Shown here in pieces: positions 26,830 to 40,259 of a DNA stretch of 64,000 nt (positions within the stretch are counted from its first letter, which is position 1; every line of letters begins with the position of its first letter). Position numbers and translations under genes: made by a program. Below the pieces are notes generated by a model, which was not told where the DNA came from, made no database searches, and saw only the letters and a program-made list of their open reading frames with translations. This stretch comes from Phoronis australis. Its lineage: Eukaryota > Animalia > Phoronida. The DNA is taken from NCBI GenBank assembly GCA_002633005.1, contig NMRA01000571.1, forward strand, positions 199,418 to 263,417. Reading direction: 5' to 3'.

Positions 26830-27604
26830 CAGATGTCTGTGATTCATAATATTGGTAAGATGCGCGGCCTCTACATGAACAGTAAAATTTTCATATTTGA
26901 TGAACCACGTTTCACAGTAGTAATTAGTGTTTCTTACTACCAAAAGTGAAATATAAGTAAAAAAATATTTAATATTAAAATAGTATGCTTGGTTGGGTAC
27001 AGTAACAGTAGTAGTCACGACCTAAAAATCGTGAAAAACGTCCTCACTGAATATATCTCAACGTTTTTTTACATACGTAGAGAGACAAAATATCGAGTGA
27101 AATAGTATCTATACTTATAATACGTGATTATAGAAACAGAAGTAAAGAATTTACAAGCTACACATCAGCGTGACTGTACCTCTACACGTACGTCCAAGTG
27201 ACATGTCTCTTTGGCGACACAACCAACTTTTGGGCAAATATACAAAGGTACATTATAGGCGCAAAATAGCTTAATTCTAGGAGTTATGCACAGATCACCT
27301 AGATATCTTATCCTCTACACTTCCTGCCTCTGAGCAGGGACACTGAGTCTCGATTGCCGCTAGTGTCGAAAAAAATTAAAACTGGCACTCACGTCACATA
27401 GACTTTCATGGGTTCATCGCCATTTCATACATGGAGGCATATGCCTTGCAGGTTTGATGGAAACTGTGATGGTTAAGTTACGTGGAGACTTCTACGTGAG
27501 TGAATGGAATTCTTTTTTAAGAATCGTCCCAGCCGCAATTAACATGGATAATATAGTTTGGTTACACATAAATTAGACTTTAGTTTTACAACCGAAAGGG
27601 GAAA

Positions 27605-28263
27605 GAAACAAGTTTGTTACCCGTCTCGCTATCTGCAGTAAAATAATGTGGGGCTCACAATGTATCTTTTTGTACTTGAGAAAAGAATCAGTTTCCAGGC
27701 AATGAGAAGCAGAGAAATATGAAACTTTACCTACACAGTCATGGGCGAAAAAACAAACAAAACTGCCACTAGGAGGCGCCACAGTAGTCGAAGTCGTCAG
27801 AAAATCATCGTCAATCGTTCTCTTCATAGTAAAAACATACATGCCAATTTTCGCAATCATCCTTAGAGTGGTTTGGTTGACAGAGGACCGGACGAAAACA
27901 AGGAACTCAAAAATAGCAAAAATGGCCACTAGATGGCACAAAATTCCTTGAATCCGTTCGAAAGCGGTAGGATAGCGTCAATTCATTAATAAATGCCGAT
28001 GTGCCAAATTTCATGAAAATCGGTTGAGGACCTTTGAAGATACAGAGGCAAACGTAAAAAAATAAAATTGCCATTAGGGGGCACAGCGGTACTCAGGTCG
28101 GTCCAAAACTCGTCGCCCTCTATCGTTTACCCCATGGGAACACACCTGCCAAATTTCAAAAAGATCCTGTAAGGGGTTTAGGAGATACAGCCTCGGACGC
28201 CGGACGCCCGGACAGAGATGACGGCAATATGCACTCACATATAAATGTGTGAGCGCATAAAAA
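27605..28263 (+). mobile_element. HINE/Helentron-associated-like non-autonomous element with internal ~150-bp subrepeats
   Basis: Core repeats shared with 59410-60260; short CGGACGC-type microsatellite (~28195-28213); 3' hairpin TATGC-A-CTCACA..TGTGAG-C-GCATA (28228-28259) followed by an A run. 5' boundary approximate. Confidence 0.55.
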
Positions 28264-31200
28264 TGATGTCGTAGAGCAAAATAAGCGTTATGAAATAAAT
28301 ACAACCCCGCAACAACACCGTGTATTCGATATAATGCCTGTTTTGTACCTGCATGGTTAAAACTAATGAGATAAATAAATGAGTCACGGAGTGGTCCGCC
28401 ATCTTGGGGATGAAGCAAGTGAGTTGACGATCTGCCTGTTAACTTAAAATAGTTGGATGAAAGAACCAAAGCTACAATAAAACACGTTTTAGAGTTAACT
28501 GTTACACGGAGATTTTCATTGTGGGTGTTTGATGTGTGTCACTGTAATTGAATATTGACAAATTTATTATTTATATGACGGATGGTTCCGAATTGTGCAG
28601 TGTCTGCTTTACTCTGGTTGTGCAGTGTGAGGTTGTGTAATTCAGTTCAGCCTGTCCAGTGGTAAACTTTTACCTCCCACCAGGTTCGCGTGTCCCCGTT
28701 AATGTTTATGTCATGACCAGTGTTCCGGATCCTATCACAGCCTGTACATGTATTTAGCAGTAGACACGGTGGCCCCTCCCATAGGGATTTCGTATGTTCA
28801 AAGCTTTTCGGTGAATTACGCCTTTACACTGATTAAACCATCGAAGTCACGTTGCTATAAGTACCTTTTGTGCATAGAGGACACATTAGGAAGCTGTCTG
28901 TCTCTTTCACTCCTTCCAATTGGAAGAAATACTCCTGTAACCAAACATTTTTTCGAGCAGTGCTTCGTTCATTTGCCCAAATCGGCAACTGACCATTTCT
29001 ACGTTGCTCGCGCCAAGAGACACAATGGCCACAGTCTGTACTGTTAGTGAGACTGTGACACTGTCTATTGCATTTCATGAAACAGTCACAAATATTAAAT
29101 AAAATATCCTTCATTAACTAGTGTTCAGTAATCTCGACTGATTCATTCTTCTACTACATTTATACAGTAGCAGTTGTTTTACTTAGAAATATAAAAATTT
29201 TGTGTGAACTCTTAGGTTATGGTATTTCTAATATTTTACTCATATTTCTTGTGGCAGGTTTCCCAAAGATGAGTTTTTGCGTAAAAAATGGAAGAAAGCT
29301 GCTCGACGAATCAAGTCTGATGGCATTTGGTGGGAGTCAGGTTCTGAAAATGTTTCGCGCTCCCAGAACTTTTCTGAATTGGATATTGGCCGGAATGGGT
29401 GTGACCTAGGGATTTGGACAGATGCTGTTTGTAATTTCGCACGTGATGTACCCCTACTTTCCCGTTCAACTCAAAAGAAAATAAAGGGACTTTTAATGGG
29501 TGTTTGAGGGACCAGCAAGTTTGAGGTACCCGCGATTGCAGAAAAACAAAAAAAAACGTCATCGGGTGCTTTTGGGTGAAATGTCTCCCGCACGACAAAA
29601 AACACTCGAGACGTTTTTGTGTATTGTGGCGAAGATTTCACCCTGACGTTTTGACATAGACCCAGATGCTCTGCCTTGTATCCCAAGTCCCAGTTTTCAA
29701 TGCAATAATTTTGGATGAATGCCTGTAATTCTTCATAGCATCTGTGAGTTATCTATATTCTAAAATCATGGATAGAAATATTTTGAATTATTGAAATAAT
29801 TTCCCCGTCGGTTTAATTAGTACTTCATACAACCTCTCTGGTTCATTTCATTTTTATCTTACTTTTACACCGTGTTATTTTTCGCATTTTGGTAGTAAAA
29901 TATTTATTAAACTTGTCAGGTATGTGAAATGATGTTTATTTATGAATGAAATTGTGTATCGTTTGCTTCTGCTATAATCACACACCATCAACAAATGACG
30001 TCATCATAGATATGACTTTGTGTATGCTTAAATTATGTGTTGATTGTTTTGATTGGTTAGGAGACATGTGCGGAAGGATAAGCGAGGATACAGTTCATGT
30101 ATCCACTACGTTAGTTACGGTGCCTGAGACTTATCACTCTTGTCAATGAAATAAACTAAATACAGTTTAAATAAAGCAAAACGACTAATTAGTGGCCAAA
30201 ATTGTTTTCTTATTATTTTTATTACTTCATTTTTGTTGTAACAATGTGACTAAGGCAAATCATTCTTTTTGCTACTGCGGAAAAGATCGTGTAACAACAG
30301 AGGAATGTGAACATTGAATATAAATTATGGGTAAATTTTTTCGTTCAAAGTTGCAAAGTGACAACTAATCTAACAACAGAGGTCGTTGTAGTATTTTTGA
30401 CAATTAAACGTTGCTTGGCAATCAGGTAGTCGCATCGTCGTGGTGGGCTCGGCAGTTGATCAGTCGAGTGTGTTTGGCCAATTAATTCGTAAAATACACG
30501 CATGCATCTGCATTCCTTTTTAAGTTTCATGGAATGATCCAAAAACGTGCTCTCCTACAAGCATCCCAGCACATCAGCTCTCAGAGCGATCCAACTATGC
30601 CAGGTGTAAGGATAAATTACAATCTGTTGAGCTTCGATCGGAGGCGAAATGGCGTTCACCTTTATGGTGTCAGTATCGAAGTTTCCCTGGAAAATCTGTA
30701 ACGGATGATATTAATATGACATAATCGGTGAGAATCCAATGAGCAAAATGCGCAGAGTTGAACAGAAGCAGACGAATTTATGTCAAACAACACTTCAGCA
30801 GAGCCTTTTCATTGAAAGTACTTTGGTTTTCTTACGTGAATTTGTTTTCTTTTGCTTTGATTTTCGCACAAATCTGCGATACCATACAATGACCAACTTC
30901 ACTGGGTGTTGATACGCATGACTTTCAGGTGTTCACTAACTCGTGAGCTCAGTTTGCCCGGCATGTAATTTAAGAGTTCAGGTATGATGTCCAGCAACTC
31001 GGTGTCTTAGTAAAAGTTAATACCCCTAAAATGCATAGGTTAGCACGCGTAATTATTATCATGTTATCGGGTTTTTAAAGTGGATTCGGCTATTTAAAGT
31101 GGGAAACCGACTTTTGTATAATTATGCCACCGTCGGACCAACAGCGATTATTCGGATTGTTTTTGATACTCAACGATGAATCTCAATAGGTTTTAACGGA

Positions 31201-31844
31201 CTAATTGAAATTAGACAAGAATTGAGCAACTTCACTCAACGAAAATGTTAAGTTTACGTTTAATATCAAACAATAGTAAGCAGGAAGGCAGAGAGAGGAA
31301 TGCAAATCCACTCGGCTGTCTGCCAAGCTCGGCATTTCTGAAAATGCTCAGTCAACTGCTATGCTTGTACACCGCCCCTCGATTTCATTCAAGAAATCAT
31401 TTCTTTGCATAAGCCTGTCTCAATATCGTCCTCCAGCAACAGAAACTTAATTGTTCGTAAAAAAGGTGATTATCTCCCCTTAAAATCTACGGAGGCTGTA
31501 ATACATGCAAGTTGTTGCATTTGTTGCTTCTGTCAAACGTTCTTCAGCCACATTTACTTTTTCATGAAAGTTCTATCAACAATAACCAGTTGACGAGGTT
31601 CCCCAAGGAATGTCCACCCAAGATCAGTTTTATACTGGAGAGAAAACGAAATGAGCTGTTAATGAATCACGAAAATTGCACAAAAATATGTTCCAATTGA
31701 ATACGTCTTTAACACGCTCACGTTTTAACCATGGGCTCATTCATTGATTCAACATTTCGTTGAGAATTTCCTTTTGTCAAAACCCGGTTCCATCAGTTGC
31801 ACAGGAAATTACGCACTGTATATACATACATATTCATACACAAC

Positions 31845-32612
31845 ACCTTGACTTCAAAGAAAATTTGAATACTTTATCTGAAGCTTCTGGTAGAGCGTTA
31901 GGAAAGATATGCTCAACATTCCGTGATAACACGAATCTAGGATTCGAAACGTTTAAAACATGATTTAATTCGTGTGTGGCACCAATTATGGATTACGGGT
32001 CATCTGTTTGGGGTTACAAAAATTTTGGTAATGATGAGAATACTCAAAACAGAGCTATGCGTTTTTATTTAGGGGTTAACCGATTTACAGCCACTCATGC
32101 TGTTAGTAGCGATATGGGGTGGGACTCCACCGGAAATAGATTTAAATTAAATAAGCTGCGTCTTTGGAACAAACTAGTAACCACAGGTGGTGATAGGTTA
32201 CTGAAGAAGGTATTTCTATGGGACTACTCTGCTGGTAGAAAGGGTTGGATAGACGGAATCAAAAGTGTGTTTAACATAACTGGCATGCAATCCTGTTTTC
32301 AAAATTTGACTACTTGTAACATAGTAGACGCTAGAAACAAACTATTTGAATACGCGAAACATGCTTGGGCTGAATCTGTTGTAACATAACCCAAGTTAAG
32401 AACCTACATTTTATTTAAGCACGAGTTTTTAATTGAGCCGTATGTAAGATTAATTTGTTTCCTTCCGAGCGGTCTCTTCTAGCTCAGCTTAGAGCAGGAA
32501 ATCTCCCATTGCACTTGGAAACTGGTCGTTATGTAAACACTCCTGTAAGTGAAAGACTTCGCTTGTGTTGTGACTCTGGTTCTGTGGAGGTTGAGCTGCA
32601 TTTTGTGTTTGA
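31845..32612 (+). mobile_element. Degenerate 3' part of non-LTR retrotransposon ORF2 (RTE/RTEX-like)
   Basis: APIMDYGSSVWG..QNRAMRFYLGV..DMGW..LRLWNKL..KLRTY..LAQLRAGNLPLHLETGRY..ERL..CC..VEVELHFVF, with stops and frameshifts. Confidence 0.85.
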
Positions 32613-32683
32613 GATTCGTGATATGCAAAAGTATTTGAACTCGGGTTTCGCCCTCGTGCAAATACTTTTGCATATCACGAATC
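32613..32683. repeat. Perfect 25-bp-arm hairpin (Crypton-like internal inverted repeat)
   Basis: GATTCGTGATATGCAAAAGTATTTG / CAAATACTTTTGCATATCACGAATC around a 21-nt partly self-paired loop. Confidence 0.85.
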
Positions 32684-34752
32684 GAGATATAATAATACAC
32701 TGGTACAAACACATACGTTGTATAACCTATTTATCTTATGCGCCCCCACTGAGGATTCTTTAAAGAAGCGGGTTTACACAGATTGCTCCGCTTGTTTTGG
32801 TGTCGTTTGTCATGTTTTTTCAATGAAGATCGCAGATCGCGTGACGCGTATACGTGCACGCAATATTTTTATGAATGAATTTTTGCAGCTTGCATTACAC
32901 GGCAGTTCAAGCTGCATTTTACAGCAGCTACAGACTTGGTGTGCATATCTGCTATTTTCAGTATTTTCGTCAGTGTTTGGGCTAAATATATTTCTAAGTT
33001 AAAGATTGCGTACATTTCTGACGATTTTTCTTGACTTCGTTGAGTAATATCTGTGCAGGACTCCCAGATGGCTGATACACGTTCAGACGCTTCTTAAAAG
33101 TGTTCCTAATTGCGCGCGGTTCTTATCATTTTTAGGTAGGATGTATTCCGAAATTTATAATTTAATTGACATAAATAATGTGTTTACAGCAGTTGCAGTT
33201 TTGCTTTAGGGCTCGACGTATTTTGATTGTTGTGAGAACGAATTTAAAAATTGACTCATATTTGACCGTAGAGAACCTCATCGGGTGTAGTGCAATAGGG
33301 GACCAAAGGGAGGCATGCATTCGTAATGTTTATTGCTTTCCTAATGCCAGATATATTGTGGCAATGTTGGAACCTTTTTTGTGATTTAAGTGCGCGTTGA
33401 ATATGGAAAAGTAGTTCCTCCATGTTAAACCTCACAATACAACCCGTATTTCATGGCCATACTATCACGCGTGTAGGATAAATACACAAAAACATATTAT
33501 ACATTATACACATGCACACAAAACATTACCTACATGTATGTGTTGAACTAATGCTATAATTTCACGTTTATATCACATCTTTTTATGGAACTGCAATTTT
33601 GAACTTGAATCACCTACTCGGCAAACTACTTTTCTGACATGTTGTTTGACTTCTCTTGTCTTATAGTTAGCTCTGACTGGCAGCATCAGAATCCACACGC
33701 TAATGACTCATCAGATCTGCGCGCGCATCTCATGTAATCTCGTTGTGAAGTTAGCAGTGAGTTAGAATTAAATGCACGGTAGAATCTTGTTGCAAATTAG
33801 CAACTGACTATAAAAATTTTACAAAAAGTTTTTGAAATGATACCTGGGTTCCGTAAAACTGACAATTTGTGTGATCGGTTAAGACCAGGCCCAATATGTA
33901 AGTTTAAGGCGACATGAACGTTCCAGCTCTGAAACCGAAAACTCAAGAAACTGAATCCGTAACGTTGGATTTGTTTAGTCAATTTTTTACAGTCATTCTC
34001 ATTTCTGATACATAACATGAAGTTAATAGTGTCGTTTTGGCAGCGTATGTGCCAAGGAAGAAGGTTGTTTTCGACACTAACGATGACATAGTTTACAACC
34101 AGGCTAAGCTTTTGTTTAAGCTATATTATCATTGGTAAAGTTCGGTAAAAGTTCCGTGATAAAATAAATGTGTTCAGGGTTCTCACTCACGCCAACTCAG
34201 GAAAGTGACCGAGAGCATCCTAATGGGGAATTATATTTAAAATTATAACTAGAATTGGGCTCTCAAGGAAGCCTTTGTGGAGAACCGGCAGATGCCGCAC
34301 GTACCCCAGTCGGTATCATTTTACTAATTCCGTGGGCGCATCACTTAGGGAGTTCCACAAATCTTCCGGTTTCCATGGAGCCCTGAGCTTGCAGTAATTG
34401 GAATTATAATTTTGAGGAAATAAAATCAATAAGCCCTTGTGCGGCAGTGCGTGGAACTGATTCTGTGAGTTCTTAGTGGATGTTCACACCACAATGGAAA
34501 CTTCGAAGAAAACTTTCTTACGCCAGTGATTCTTTTGCGCGTGATCATTCACCACTAACTAAAGGGGATTAAGGAGGAAACTTTGTTCATAGGTAGCGCT
34601 CCTGACTTTCCTGCAAAAGTTGACTCCTGTTAAATGCATAAAACACGGACGTCAGACGTGAAAGTATAGGCCGTGTTTTATGTAGTTTTATAAACAATGC
34701 AGAACAACAAGATAGGTCAGTAATTCTAGAATTAAAATAAGACGATATTTAC

Positions 34753-35130
34753 CTTATTGCCGCCAAGGTCGTTTTCTAGCATTTCCCACCGTCCATTCGC
34801 GTCTTTGTACTGAACCATGTACGACATGACGAAAGCCTCTCTTTGTTGCGAATGTCCTTTGGTCACAATCCCTGTCACATTTCTAACCTGACCCAGGTCA
34901 AAATGTAGCCATACAATGTGCCTCGAAACTTCCGGAGACCACGCTCCTTTTTTCGTACCATTTCTAGTTCTATATATACGAGCCCTACTCGGTTCCCCAT
35001 TGTCCATTGAGGACGACGCCGTGACGTGTACTCTTCAGCTATGGGCTGATCACCCGAGACGAGTAGTTTGGTGCAGGGTTGGGCATCAATGTCCTCAATT
35101 TGTATCATTCCGTTCTGTCCTTGCAGAGAT
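34753..35130 (-). pseudogene. Discoidin / coagulation factor 5/8 C-terminal domain exon with a 2-nt frameshift
   Basis: CTKLLVSG..IAEEY / VTASSS..PSRARI..GAWSP..WLHFDLGQVRNVTGIVTKG..FVMSYMVQY..W; TAG acceptor at 35131, GTAAAT donor at 34752; frame change at ~35026-35030. Confidence 0.8.
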
Positions 35131-37251
35131 CTATAAACAAATAGTGCACATAAGGTCTAAAATTCTCTTCACCAACACAGCAAACCAGTTATTCTTACAA
35201 TCCATTTAAGATAACGAACAGGACCTTGACGACTACTCTGTGTATTTAGCCAATTATCTACAAAACTATAGTTTTAGTTTTGAAATCAATAAAGTTATAT
35301 GTTTTCTGAAAGTAGAAAGCCCGTATAATTTGAAGTTTGACATCCACCTTCTAGTAGTTTGAAAGGCAATGCGTCGCGAGCTGCATCCTCTATATAAAGA
35401 CTCAATGCCACGTGTGTGTGAACACTGGCAGCTACGTCCAAATGCAGTAACCAGCTCGGCTTCACCGCATAATTTAAGTTTTCTTTTTGTGGTGGCCGGT
35501 CCCAGCATTTCTCGTCCACTGCATGCAGATCTAACGATGACGAAATCCCACTTATCTGAAATCTAGGGTAATCTGGGACTGTATACATTACTGGTGATGT
35601 ATTCCCTGACTCGTTAGCTTTGAAATGCAGGAGTTCGATCAAAACAGAGAGATTTAAACAGCTGTAAATCCATGGACATTCTTTCACAGGAAGTCGTCAT
35701 GTTGGTGAACTAGTTTGACCTATTATACAACTGACCAATAGAATGCCTTGTTTCTTGAAATCGGAACAGCCAATGATATTCCAAGAATGCAGATGCAAAA
35801 GTGCCCTGTAGCAGACCCCAACCAATCTCGTGGGTCTGTGCAGGAGACTAGTGTAAACCCTACTTCAATCATATCAGTGTGATGTTTTTATTCTAACTTT
35901 CCAGTGCTTTGGAGGATGTCCAGTTGAGCAAAGAACATTTGCATGTGAAAATTTTCAACTGGCATACAATTGTAGTATAATTGCAATCTATCTTCAGTTG
36001 CTGGTTGATATCATGTGTATCATTTTGGTCTGGGGAGTAATCACAATTTCCAAAGACCTTATTTTGATTGTCCTAAAACAATTTATTATCATACCCATAA
36101 TGAAGTATTCCAGGCTTAGCTATTCAAAACTCATAGACGTAATAAACAATTGTCTTCTCAGCCAGGACCACAAACCCTTTGTTACGCTGTATTTACTTAT
36201 ACAGGCCAACTGGGGTATGACCAAGAACAGGTTTCACAAAGAACTACTTTCACTGCACTTGCATGTCAATTTCAAAAGGCCTATTGTGTGTACACATGAC
36301 ACACATGATTTACAACCATCAACACCCATGATTTACAACCATCAGTATAATTGTAATCCAGTATTTTGCTTAGTTACCCAAGTCCATAATTGGACCTGAG
36401 ACCCCTCATCTCCCCTAAATTCACCTTCGTATGATTCCAGCTGTCGATTGAATGTCACTGTTTCAGATTCATATATATACAGGTCTAAGGTTTTAGTAAA
36501 GAGGCCTCAGAATGAATTTTAAACTGGATGTCTTCTTACAAATGTCACCATTGTCATCTTGCAGGGACTCAGAGCTGTTGTTCACTCTTGCCCATATCTT
36601 CTGCATCCTCACAATCTGCATCAAAGGTTTGTGCATGTACAATAAAAACATATCTGGCCGATTTAACCGGTGTGTTATTAACACTGTATGAATACAGGAC
36701 AGTATCGTAAACAAAAATCATCGACAGTAGAAAGGTGCAACCCGAAAAGGCGCAACCACAATTTCTGGGATTCACATTTCCTGAAAATAAATTTTAAGCA
36801 TCGTTTCTCTGTGCAACAGACCACATTTACTCGTGCTCCATTAATGCCAGTTTGTTTGCGTAAAGCCCTGCCTGTTGAGAATTCGACCAGCCAATCAGAA
36901 ACACCGGTGTAAAAAAATCCCGAGGAAAATTAAGTGATACCAGCGTGCTGTCTACCACCTAGCGGCATGCAGGGAACCAGAGAGCAAATCTTGCGATCTG
37001 TTTTATGTGAATTTTCGATATTTCCTGTAGTCTATGCTTTGTCTATGGCAACATGGTGGTACTCAAATATAAAAAATAGCCAAACAAGAAGTAATGTAAA
37101 AAATTGTTATTCGAAGTTTATTGCTGTGTAGACAATCAGTGAAATCTCATGAGCCTAGTCAGTATAGGGTCGCTTTCATTGTAATTAGGTCACATTCAAC
37201 GACTACTCTTCCACTGAATGCATGCCAACAGTTTCATTGCAAAAACTCATG

Positions 37252-38270
37252 TGTAACGAGGTAAAAGATCTCCTTAAGTACGCCTTGTCGGGGAATGTTT
37301 GCCGATTTTGCTCATGACGACGCCGTACTCCTTATGACCAGATCAAACACGTAGTACGTAGGTCCCGACAGCGTGCAGTAGAATCCAATTTCTGAGCCTG
37401 TGGGAACCATTTTATAGGTGAATTCGCGCTGCGAATATACCAAATTGCACTGTAATATGCGTCTCAAGTTAAATGTAAAAACCAATCAAAATGCTAAGTA
37501 AAAATTTCTTCATCCGAAGTACCAAATAAGGGGATTCACTAACAAACACCCCTTTAAAATTCAACTGACCACTCTAACTTTAATGGAAACGAACATAGAC
37601 TTGACTCACGACTCCATCAATAGACGGCGCCCCCGTTACACCCCCTCTTAGATCTAAGGTAATTTGCATATAGATTAAGCGAATAAAAAAATAAAAATAC
37701 AAAAATAAAAAATATATACCTAGTTACTAAACACTTACGTCATACACACTGATAATACACACTTTTGAACACAATCAAATAATGTGTAAAAGCTGATCTA
37801 AACAACATTAGACTGATCCTAAACTAAACAAAAGACATGAAAAACTGAAGTAGTCTAACGTTGCTCACACAGGCCGCTTGTGTGGCCTTAAAAAATATAC
37901 TAAGCTTAATAGGATAACTAAGCGTACAGTAATCCGTTATCTAGAGGCATCACCTTATCTTGTAAAATTCTGTAAATAAAAGCATAGGCGCGGTTCTTAC
38001 ATAACGCGCCGGCTTGCGAATCACGCGACCTCTCCTGTCGGTCCTGGTGCATTCTGCCACTCTTGACGGGGTGCTGTCCGAGCCCGCATGCAAATCTGCT
38101 TCATCACCCAAGAGATCCTCATCCTCAGTTCGAGGTGCAGAATCACTGGATGTCGTGTGGGTTCTCGTCCACACTTAGTATTGCAGCATCCCAGGGAATC
38201 AAGCCCTCAGTGGTAGAGGATTTCGAACGATCCGCGGGCACGGGCACCAGACTTTTCTTGAATCCTGTAA
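37252..38270 (-). mobile_element. Gypsy-like LTR retrotransposon 3' end: integrase C-terminal tail, PPT and 389-bp LTR (37252-37640)
   Basis: On the minus strand AAGAGGGGG (PPT) directly precedes TGTAACG; the LTR ends CGTTACA; internal TATAAAA; upstream peptide TRTDRRGRVIRKPARY. Confidence 0.8.
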
Positions 38271-38999
38271 AAGTAGTCAGTTAATTTAGCAAGTATTAAA
38301 TAAGGTCAATCCAATCCCAATTTCTGTTGAGCCATGTGTGGGTATTACATAAAAACAGAACTACCAACCTCAAATTTATTGAAAACTGTCTTAGAGTCGT
38401 AATACGTGTTCTGACGCCTAGAACTGTTCTGTAGGTTCTCCCGAGCATACTCAAATCATGGGCGCACCCGGGGGGGAGGGTGGGGGGTGGCAAAAATGTG
38501 TCCAGTGCGACAATTATATGCTGTCATGTTGTGATAGCTCATATTGACGCCACCCAAAAATCTACTTTTAGCGAAATTGCATCACTGTCTACATGCAGGC
38601 CTACATGATACTGCAAAAATTATAGGCCCCTCTAAACATATGGACGAATATGAACTTTGACGAAATTGAAGGTTGAGCAAAATGGATAATTTTACCTCGG
38701 GGGTGTGAGACGTAATTTGCCCAACATTTTGCTATGTCCGAAACCTTTTGATGAGCAAGTGAAAGCTTGAAAGTTTGACTTTGAAGACAAACTGCCTATT
38801 CAGGCCCACACAACTGTATCTAATGTTTCTCATATTGGCGCATGTGCATAATCTATTATAGGTGCAGATACGTCATGCGCGAACCCATGGGGGCAAAATT
38901 AGGCAAAAAGTTCCGCCTCTGAGAAACAGAAAGTCCGAGAAAACGAGACTAATAAAATTACCTGAAACACTGTTGTTGTGTGCTGTTTCTCCAAGTGCT

Positions 39000-39540
39000 G
39001 TCATCAGCTAAAATGCATCCTCATCGATAATTTCGACCCCTAATCTAGAATCATCTCGGATGCCGGGTCCCAGAAGTTGATCGGGCTTCGGTCATCACTT
39101 GGAGTGCCACCTGTTGTCTCGCTGTAACCATAATCACGACGACGCCTCTTCAGCAGATCTCATCACTGACTGCACCAAATTCTTCCTCGACACTGTGCTG
39201 ATACCTAGGAACTTCATCAACCTCCACATGCTGCTCCCGATGAAACCTCTGCATCCTACTTCGACTGGCATACAAAAACACTTCCAACCAGCTACTGAAC
39301 AATCATGGGAAAGTTTTGCATACTTAAGCCTTTTCCTCTCGTTGGCCTCTACCATTCGGGATTCCCATGGTACCGTAAGTTCTACTATGATGACCGTCTT
39401 TGTACCATCTGACCATAATACCAAGTCAGGCCGGAGTGTCGTCATCACTATATGGCTCGGGAATACTGCCAACGGCCCTACATCCACTATCATCTTCCAA
39501 TCACCCGCTGTAGTCAACACACCTGCATCTTTCCTCCTCT
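39000..39540 (-). mobile_element. 3' fragment of an RLE-type (HERO/NeSL/R2 group) non-LTR retrotransposon
   Basis: TTLRPDLVLWS..VIIVELTVPWE..ERKRLKY..L..GW..PVEVGCRGF, a PD..(D/E) restriction-like endonuclease signature; TGA where W is expected (AEEASS*LWL). Confidence 0.88.
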
Positions 39541-40259
39541 AAAGTCTACTAAAAAAGACGCAGACTCACAGTGGTACCCCGTTTTTTTTAATCTTTTTCC
39601 GATTTTTTGTTAGCAAATTGTCCACATCGACAGAAATTTGAGCACCCCCCTTTGTACAGGTGCATTCCTTGTTGTGTACAGACTGTCTTCGACAAAAGCC
39701 AGTGGGATTTCTTCGCGACTTAGTTGGATTTGCATTTTCTAGATTGTGACAGATTTGAGACTCTCTATTAGGCTCGCATGTGAGACCAACTAATAGAGAA
39801 TAGTGAGTATAACCGTCGACTGTATTAACTAAGTATTGCAAACTTGCTTTTCAAGTTTTTCATATTTGCAAATTACAAACTAAAGTGATGAATCTGGTTT
39901 AAACGAGGAATAATGACATTCGGAAAGAAAAATAAAAGGAATACTTACAGCATTTAATTGATCCCTCCTATAAAACCAAGGAAATTGCCAAAAAAATTTA
40001 ACTGAAAAAACAAAATAAGAGTTTGAAATTAAGCGTAGAACTTGGTGCGTGTACATGCTGTACGTCTAGGATACCTCAAAACCATTTCCAGCATCAAGTA
40101 CGCAATGCAATTTCTCAGTCTCTCAAACCAATGTGCGCATGTTCAAAAAGTAAAGTGGATAGTAACCAAAATATCAAACCTGTACGACTGAATTGCGCAT
40201 CCGATCTATACCCAAAATACAGAATTTGCCACTTGAAGCCGAGTTGAAAGATACCCAAC

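Noticed and set aside
35810-35850. Academ-like terminus (..GGGTCTGTGCAGGAGACTA), with a similar end at ~52800-52812
   Set aside because: No matching opposite end or TSD identified, so no element could be delimited.
36493-36780. Possible upstream exon of the discoidin gene
   Set aside because: Has acceptor- and donor-like sites but no single open frame or phase consistent with the 35130 exon; not supportable as a feature.
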